Assembly (NCBI GenBank): GCA_951406725.2
Contig: OX597826.1
Coordinates: forward strand, 14,446,001 to 14,510,000
Origin: Octopus vulgaris
Taxonomy: Eukaryota
Reading direction: 5' to 3'
Length of the DNA stretch: 64,000 nt
The translations under genes and the position numbers were made by a program. The notes beneath the pieces are model-generated. The model did not search any database. It was given only the letters and a program-made list of their open reading frames with translations, and was not told the DNA's origin. Below are positions 56,261 through 64,000 of this stretch, one piece after another (within the stretch, counting starts at the first letter, position 1; each line of letters starts with the position of its first letter).

Positions 56261-56816
56261 AATATATATTTCTTCATTGAGAATAATTTGAATCTCTGTT
56301 ATGTGTGTGTGTGTGTGTGTGTTTTGTGTAGACATTAGTTTGTTTCAATTCCTCTTGTGAGCACAGTTGTTGCAAAGTAGATGTAATGTGATAGTGCGTT
56401 GTGTTTGAAAGAAAACATATCTTAGTGGCTACTTTAATTAAGATTGTTAGTATAGAAAACAAAAGAGAAAAAAGAGAAAGCTAAGAAAAGATGGCAAAGA
56501 AAATACTGTCTAGGGTGCGTCATCATTTTTGTTCAATACAGGTATGTAAGAGATGTTAAATTAGATTAATATATTGAAAGAAGTTAGGAATTACATTTAT
56601 GTTAAATTTGATACATCTGAAGAATTTATAGAAAGAAAGATGGGGAAATTCATATATGAGAACAAGTTTTGAGGTGAAAGTTCACGTACAAGCACAAATT
56701 GTTGTGATCAAGACGTTCCATTTTAAGTCCCGGATTTGTGAAGCAGAGTGGGATAGTAGTATGTGATTCACATACCCGCACACAAGCATGCACACATACA
56801 TGTATGAACACAGAAA

Positions 56817-56886
<70 letters not shown>

Positions 56887-57092
56887 AGCATATATGTATA
56901 TATACAGGTCTGTGTGTATCACTACTAACGTCTGAAATTATATATATATACGTCCATTACTAAAGTGCATATTAAATTCTCGTAAGCCGTTACACGTATA
57001 TCTACATATATACACGGAATCAGGTATACATTCTCGTTCAACTTGTAGAATACTTTTACTCATATACACATAGGCGCATTAACTGTTGTATG

Positions 57093-57869
57093 TAGTCGGT
57101 GGGCCAGATCCAGGAATGTGCACTTTGGTTGCACCCCTTGCAACTTTAGTTTGATAGTACCACATTGTTTCTGGGTCTATGGGGATAACATTTTCACTTG
57201 TTGTCATTCGCACAACCTATCAGGTAATTAGGACAACGGCTTTTTATAAGTAAAGGTGAGTCTCGAGGTATTAAAAGTGGAAATATGTGATACACAGGTA
57301 ACCATTGGAAATATTTGTCTATTAACGCCCTAGATGTCACTGAAATGAAGTAAATATACCTCTTTATCATACCCATGGTGAAAGTTTCATCTTCCATTGC
57401 CAAAAATTGGAAAATCTTACCAACTTGTCTGAAATGACGCCCATTATTTAATGTTTTTTCACAGTATATTGACTTACATTCCTACTGTTTTTTTTTTTTT
57501 TGCAATTAATTTAATATTCATTAAGTTAAACAAAATAGTTGTATTGAATGTTTATTTCTACTATTCCATATGAAATTTGAGTATGTTATCTTCAATAATA
57601 ATGATATTATAAACAATTTCTTACCCCATCCTCTATCACGCCAAAATGGATGATTTCGATAAAAAATCTTGGTAATGGAGGTAATGGAGGGGGCCCTAGC
57701 ATTTCTTTTTTAGCTTTTGGGGCTTGTTTTATGTATTTCAATGCGAGAAAACCAAACAAGAGAAAATGTAATCTCATAAACCAAGGAACAATGTGTTAAC
57801 AATAAACTAAAGTTGCAGGGGTGAGGCATCTCAATAAATAAGGCCCTTTTTTATTTGGCCCACCATCTA
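57093..57869. mobile_element. Academ-like terminal/non-autonomous unit with long imperfect TIRs
   Basis: Ends are TAGTCGGTGGGCCA and TGGCCCACCATCTA. Inverted subterminal arms lie at 57131-57212 and 57741-57826. TATG flanks both sides (57089-57092, 57870-57873). Confidence 0.7.
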
Positions 57870-57975
57870 TATGTACAGTGTTGGTTTGTGTTGACTTCGA
57901 CCTGATTTTATGTCATTGTTAATGTATGTTTTTGTGATTGTAAATGTGTCAGTCATGTCAAGTAGCATGAAATAA

Positions 57976-60513
57976 ATGGTAAATGAATGTTCCGAAAACA
58001 GTTTTAAAATCTATGGAAAAAGCAAGAAATTGTATGGAAAAAACAAGAAGAGTTCTCGCGTGTCAACTTCAGATTGGAGGCCTTTCACTACGGTGATGTT
58101 CCTCGCAATCTTGGGAAAGAGGTTCAGTGATGCAGAACTGTCAGATATGGTCATCGAAGCTGGTATCGTTGCTCCTGGTTCCATTCCTGAAATTCTTAAT
58201 GGTCTGCAATACAATAGCACCATACGAACACGCAAAATTCTTATAGCAGCTATGTAGCATCTGAGAATCAAAGGCTTCTATGAATGGGCACAAAAGAACC
58301 ATGTTTATTTACTCCAACCCGCTTGGGCAGCAACGGATAATGTCAGCAGTGAGATCACTTCAGACACCTTCAATAACATGTTGTTAGCACCAGAGTTCAC
58401 ACGTCTCTTGGAATTATTTGATGAGTTCTGCAAGTTGGACCAAGTTGAACTGGCAGCCTTTGGGACTCTTACATTGACCTGGTCTGCCTACTGCTTCTAT
58501 TTGCACGTGCTACTAGAGAGGGAAACTGGGTTTTGCGTCTTACTTCTGTGCATGAGATGCCATCTTGGGTGTTTGCATACCACAGACCAAACTATGCCCG
58601 TTACCTCCCTGTGTACTGATGTCAGATGACACATCTTGAAAGTAATACTCTTGTCCTGGAAGGGCATTTTACAGTTCAACGAAATTCCAAGAGTACATTT
58701 TCCTAAGTTGCTGTTGACCAGACCATTGAGCAAACTTTGAATCATGACTCCAAAACGAGTGGTGGTATAGTGGGTATCAGCCTCAACCAAAAGGGGCAGT
58801 ACAGCGTTGTGTTCTAACAGCACCGGACAGGGCATGAATACTTCAAATCTGCAGGAAGATGCCTGGTATGTATGATGCCAAGAACCAACACCCCAAAAAA
58901 CTATTTCCCCTCGCCTAAAGAAAGATGAAGGTGGTGTTAAAAAGTCATGGACACGATAGAAAGCTGGGTGAATCCATATGAGACAAAGAACACAACTGAT
59001 TCCCTCATCAACATTGCATCAGGAGTAAAAGCTTCTGATGATATAACAGAGGATATTTTGTCTGCAGAAGAGAAGGGAGCTAATGCCTTCTCATCCTTTG
59101 TACAAGAGAGGTTGTGTAGCAGTCAGACAGACCTTTATCCCCCATTAGCAAAGACTTCACTCAAAACATTTAGGAAGCTAGTGAACTCAAAGAAAACCAA
59201 AGGTACCACCACAGATGTTGTAATCAAGGCTGATAGGGGACTCTTTGCAAATATGGTGGTCATCGTTCAACACAGACAAATGAATGTGAAAGAAGTTTTG
59301 CAGTATCCACTGGGTCCTCTGTCATGGTCCCTTGCAACTCCTGATGGTGCACCTGCAAATACTACAAAGGCACCCTTTTTATATTCATTAGAAGAGCTAG
59401 CTAAACCAGCAGAAACATTCCTACAAAGGAATGACCTTGTGCAATCCATAAAGACAGTCCCCAAGACGTTCAGATGTCTTGCTACTTATGTTCTTGGAGT
59501 TCTGAAGTCAACAAGCAACAACCCTGCCAGAACAGACCTAGTTATGGACCAGTATCCTGAGCTGTTTATCAAGAACCCAAAGCGAGCAAAGCGTGGAACA
59601 TCAGGTGTCTTGTAAATGAAGATCCTTGGCAGACATCAGAAGTGTCCGACGCAGTAGAAGAAGTTCCTTAGTGATGGTAGGAACAAGACCAAACTTGCAA
59701 AGTTTCTGGTTACAGCAGCCAAAATATTGAACCACTGTACATCACTCGTGAGGCGGAGCGCCACATGCTTGCAGCAGAGTTGATCAACTGTGCACATCAA
59801 AGGAAGAAGCTGACACCCGCATTCTGCTACATGCAGGCCATGCAGCATTAGAGGGCCATGTCTGCATCATACTTAAGTCACCTGATACAGATGTTGCTGT
59901 GTTGGCCTGTGATTATAGCCATCAAATCAATGCAAGACTACTATTCTGTACTGGCACCACACAGAGACAAAGGTACCTTGATGCAACAGCTATTGGCCTG
60001 AAATTAGGAACAGATGCACGCATTCACGGGATTGACAGAACTAGTGCATTTGTTGGTAAGGGAAAGAAGCAGGCATTCAAGCTGGTGGTGTCTGATGTAG
60101 ACATGTGCAATGCGATGAGAATGGTTGGCTCATCGTTTCATATAGATGAGGAAAGACTGCAAGCATGTGGACATTTTGTTTGTCCTCTCTATGGGTACAG
60201 TGGAAATGATACCGACCTTTTCCGCTACAAACTATTCTGCACCAAGAATGCCCAAACATGTCATCTTCCACCGACTCAAGATGCACTCAAATACCATGTG
60301 AAACGGGCAAATTACCAAGCATGCATCTGGTGATCAGCAATCCTGTTATTGGTATCTTGTAAATGCGGTACTAGTCAGTGTAACGGTAGTCGGTGCTCAT
60401 GCCTTTTGAATGGTTTGTCGTGCACTGATGCCTGTCAATGCAAGTCATGCACAAATACCACAAATATTGATCAAACAGAATCCAGTAATGAAGATGAGGA
60501 TGAAGATTATTAA
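57976..60513 (+). mobile_element. Decayed Academ (AcademX-like) transposon coding region
   Basis: FLAILGKRFSDAELSDMVIEAGIVAPGS, YPLGPLSWSLATPDG, XPG/FEN1-like EEAD, SPDTDVAV and GIDRTSAFVGKGKK, LPPTQDALKYHVKRANYQACIW, and C-terminal CKCGTSQCNGSRCSCLLNGLSCTDACQCKSC. Multiple stops and frameshifts. Confidence 0.8.
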
Positions 60514-61155
60514 TGAAAAATGATGACTGTTATTCCCGCTCATTTATCTTTATTACAATTACCTAATGACAATTGAGGAAAATATAATGCTATTGAGGAA
60601 AATAACAGACACATGATTTGTAAATAAGAAGAGAATCGCGGACACATGTTTTTGCCTAAATTCGTGTCATCAACTCAGAGAATTCCCCCAACTTGTCCCT
60701 ACATGGACGTATACAGGAAGCGTAGAACATATTACTTGGCCTAGTTAATTTTCCCGACGATTATGGTATTCGCTTTCCAACGACAATGTACATATTTTAT
60801 AGCATCTTTGGTAAATTTCACAAAGTATAGACAGAATTCGTGAAAATTGTGAAAACATTCTCGTGTGGGTTGTAAGTAGAATTCTGACGCTACAACTTTG
60901 ACAGACATTGATTGATATACGCTGATTTTTCTTTAAAACTGACGTTATGTGCACATATGCAGCATCATAACGAATACTTATATATGTATATAAATATATA
61001 TATGTATATGTACGTACGTATATACACGTATGTATGTGTGCATACGTTTTCTTATATACAGTCTTCCACTTTTTTTCCCCAAACGTTTATCAACGTTATT
61101 CTCTCATATATAGATTTATATATATGTACTTCGTGTGAGATGTTCCCCCAAATTA

Positions 61156-61224
<69 letters not shown>

Positions 61225-61901
61225 ACCAGAGATTAATTAAATGTATATGTTGTGGAAAAATCTAAATTGTGTCCATTGATAAATTTTGAAATTATTTATG
61301 CAGTTTAATGTATGCTTTGTATTTAAACGACACCTGATTACAATCTTAATTTGTGATTTGTTTCCATTATGATTTAATACATACTAGTTGTTTCTTTTTT
61401 ATTTCTTTATTTATATCTTGAAGATTTTGAAGAATTTTGGTTCCGTATTGTTGTTCTTCAGTTCTCGTAGATCACTGTCGTGATAAATTTCATTGTGACG
61501 CGAATTTAAAATGAGACATGATTCCTTTAGCCCATGTACACAGTATAATCTTTAGTCCACACTTCAAAATATCAGTGTTGCATTTATTACAGATACATAA
61601 TCTCTGATAGTTGCAAAACTGGACTTAAAATTATAGCTATTTACAGTTGGGTGAAACGAAGCAAAAAGTGACTAGATGGGGAGAATAGTGGAACACTTTA
61701 TGAACGCAAGCAGCTATAGCTCGGTTCTTTCGTGGGGAAACCACTGGCTCACCTGCCAAATTTGTTTTGTATTCAGAATGAATAATAATAAAATGATAAA
61801 TTGAAATATTAACTAAATCGATTGATAGGGACGTTGTTAGGTACTTCGGTCAGTGAGTACTGATATTTATATATACATATATATAATGAAAGATAGATAG
61901 G

Positions 61902-61947
<46 letters not shown>

Positions 61948-62443
61948 AAGACAGAAAGATAAAACTAACAGACAGATAGATAGCTAGATATATAGATAGA
62001 TAGATGGATGGAGAGATTGATAATATGAAAGAATTTCATTTTATCTCTAAGGTACATCTACACGATAAGGTACAAATTATTTTTCTTACAATTTTCAAAC
62101 TATTCCAGTTAATATAAGTCAGCAAAATATATTAATTTTAATGAAAAACAATAAACATAGAAGGCAAGCGTGGGTGTGAGGTGAGAAGCTTGCTTCTAAA
62201 TCACATGGTTGCAGGTTCAGTCCCACTGTGTGGCACCTCGAGCAAATGTCTTCCTCTGTAGACTCGAGCCGGCCACTACCCGAGTGGATTTAGTAGTCGG
62301 AAACTGAAAGGAGCCCGTCGTATATATATACATATATATATATATATATCAGCCGAATTGTGAAGATGATCCGGTTCTTGACTGAAGATTAAAGGCTTGT
62401 GTGTTTTTTGTATCGTCTATCTGGATGTTCTTGTCCCATTTTG

Positions 62444-62499
<56 letters not shown>

Positions 62500-63940
62500 T
62501 GTGTTTGTCCCCTCTACAATAGCTTGATAACCGACGTTGGTGTATTTACGACCCCGTAACTTAGCAGTTCGGCAAAAGAGACCAATCAAATAAGTACTAC
62601 GTGCTCCAGCGTCGCTGCAGTCAAATGACTGGAACAAATAAAAGCATAGAAGAATATATGACTAATTTCAAGTGACCAAATGCAGACAAAATAACAAACC
62701 GATGGTTTGCACACCAGAAAGAAACCAGTTCGAAAACTTACTTTGATTTGCTGAGTTTTGTTTTGTTCTTAAAATTATGATGAATTGAAATTCCTAGAAT
62801 TTCATTAATTCTGCAAACTTAAATATCACTTTCAAATTCTGTCATAATGCCAGCAATTTCAGGGAAGGGGAAAATCGGGCACATCGATCTCAGTGTTTAA
62901 CTGGTACTTATTTCATCGACTCCCAAAAGATGAAAGGTAAATTCAACCTCGTCAGAATTTGAACTCAGAATTTAAAGACATACGACATGCCGCTAAGCAT
63001 TTGGTCCGGTCTGCTAACTATTCTGCAGCTGGTCGTCTGAAGCGTACTGACATATAAATTATATTTTTTCAGTCTGAGTGTCATCGACGACCATCCAATT
63101 TATTTTCTCTATAACTAACCAGTTCAAATACCGTGCGATCTCCATAAGTTGTCATAGAGCCGGTCCGTTAATGCAGTACATATCTGTTTCATTAGTTTAC
63201 TGTACCAGTATAGATCCTGATATTAACGTATGTTGCTACAAGCCGGCGTCCTTTTAATGACCAAATTCTCTTTTAATATGCTGAATCCATAAACATTTAA
63301 AGAGGCTTGAGTATGTTGGGATATCTATTCGTGGCTAAAATAAAAACGATAACAATACAAAGAAATAAAGCAAAGAAAGAAAACATACCTTGGAACCAGA
63401 TACGCCAGAAATACTAAATTCCAAATATTACCTTCTAAAGTCTCAGTTTCACAACCAAAGCCTAATCATGAAAATAATACAACTCGTTTCATTTGCTATT
63501 ATTTAAAGTCAATGATATTAATTCATATTTGATTTGTCCGTTACTAGTTTAATATTGAGATATATTACCTTATCATAGTGAGTTAGAACCTTTCCAAATA
63601 TTGTGTTAACGCTATCGCGCCATTATCATTAGTGGAATAAGCTAAACTTCTGGCTTTGATGTGCTGTCTAGAAACCATTCTATAATAATTTAGTTCAGTT
63701 CTACAACGGTGAAATAACGAATACTGTGGCTTAAAATAAAGAAATAAGTTGGGATATATATGTAACGATGGTGAAAGGCTAATTTGAAACTTAAGCAATT
63801 CATTAACGAAATATATTTAATGACGTTGTTACTACTTTTGATTGCATGAATTACATAAAACTAATGAACGTTATGTCTTCCTTTGAATGTTTTGCGTACA
63901 CTGGTGAGGTTGTACCTCGCCTATATACACATGGATTTAT

Positions 63941-64000
63941 AGCGGCGAGCTGGCAGAACTGTTAGCACGCCGGGCGAAATATGTAGACGTATTTCGTCTG
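63941..64000 (+). mobile_element. SINE head cut by the window end
   Basis: GCGGCGAGCTGGCAGAACTGTTAGCACGCCGGGCGAAAT. Confidence 0.8.

Larger units (their letters stand above)
56737..63938 (+). pseudogene. Exon-less partial duplicate of the FMRFamide intron and 3' flank
   Basis: Collinear similarity: 56737-57092 ~ 30803-31133; 60588-62074 ~ 32111-34401; 62069-62666 ~ 38181-38847; 63169-63938 ~ 38844-39702. Neither coding exon is present. Confidence 0.88.

Noticed and set aside
58947-60333. Functional host nuclease or tesmin/CXC gene
   Set aside because: Intronless, broken by stops and frameshifts, next to a TIR unit and absent from the paralogous intron; it is a transposon relic.

Overview
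AT-rich, microsatellite- and transposon-dense animal genomic DNA, almost certainly from a coleoid cephalopod (probably Octopus). This is inferred from the neuropeptide sequence and the SINE families. The only intact host gene is an FMRFamide precursor on the + strand. A signal-peptide exon (CDS 30549-30690) splices in phase 1 to a peptide exon (34969-35777), giving 316 aa. It encodes 7 FMRFamide, 1 FLRFamide, ALSGDAFLRFamide and several non-canonical or decayed units (FLRP, FMKF, LMGY, TIRT, YLRI). A 5' non-coding exon is implied but not located. About 26 kb downstream (56.7-63.9 kb) is a diverged, same-orientation copy of the gene's intron and 3' flank. The peptide exon is missing from it at a microhomology junction, and an Academ-like transposon has inserted. 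The rest is decayed mobile DNA: R4/Dong-like LINEs in (TAA)n tracts, Hero-like and CR1-like 3' fragments, three mariner relics, tRNA-derived SINEs, and fold-back or Penelope-like pieces in (TA)n. Most entries in the ORF track are microsatellite artefacts. All alignments were done by eye, so repeat boundaries are approximate.
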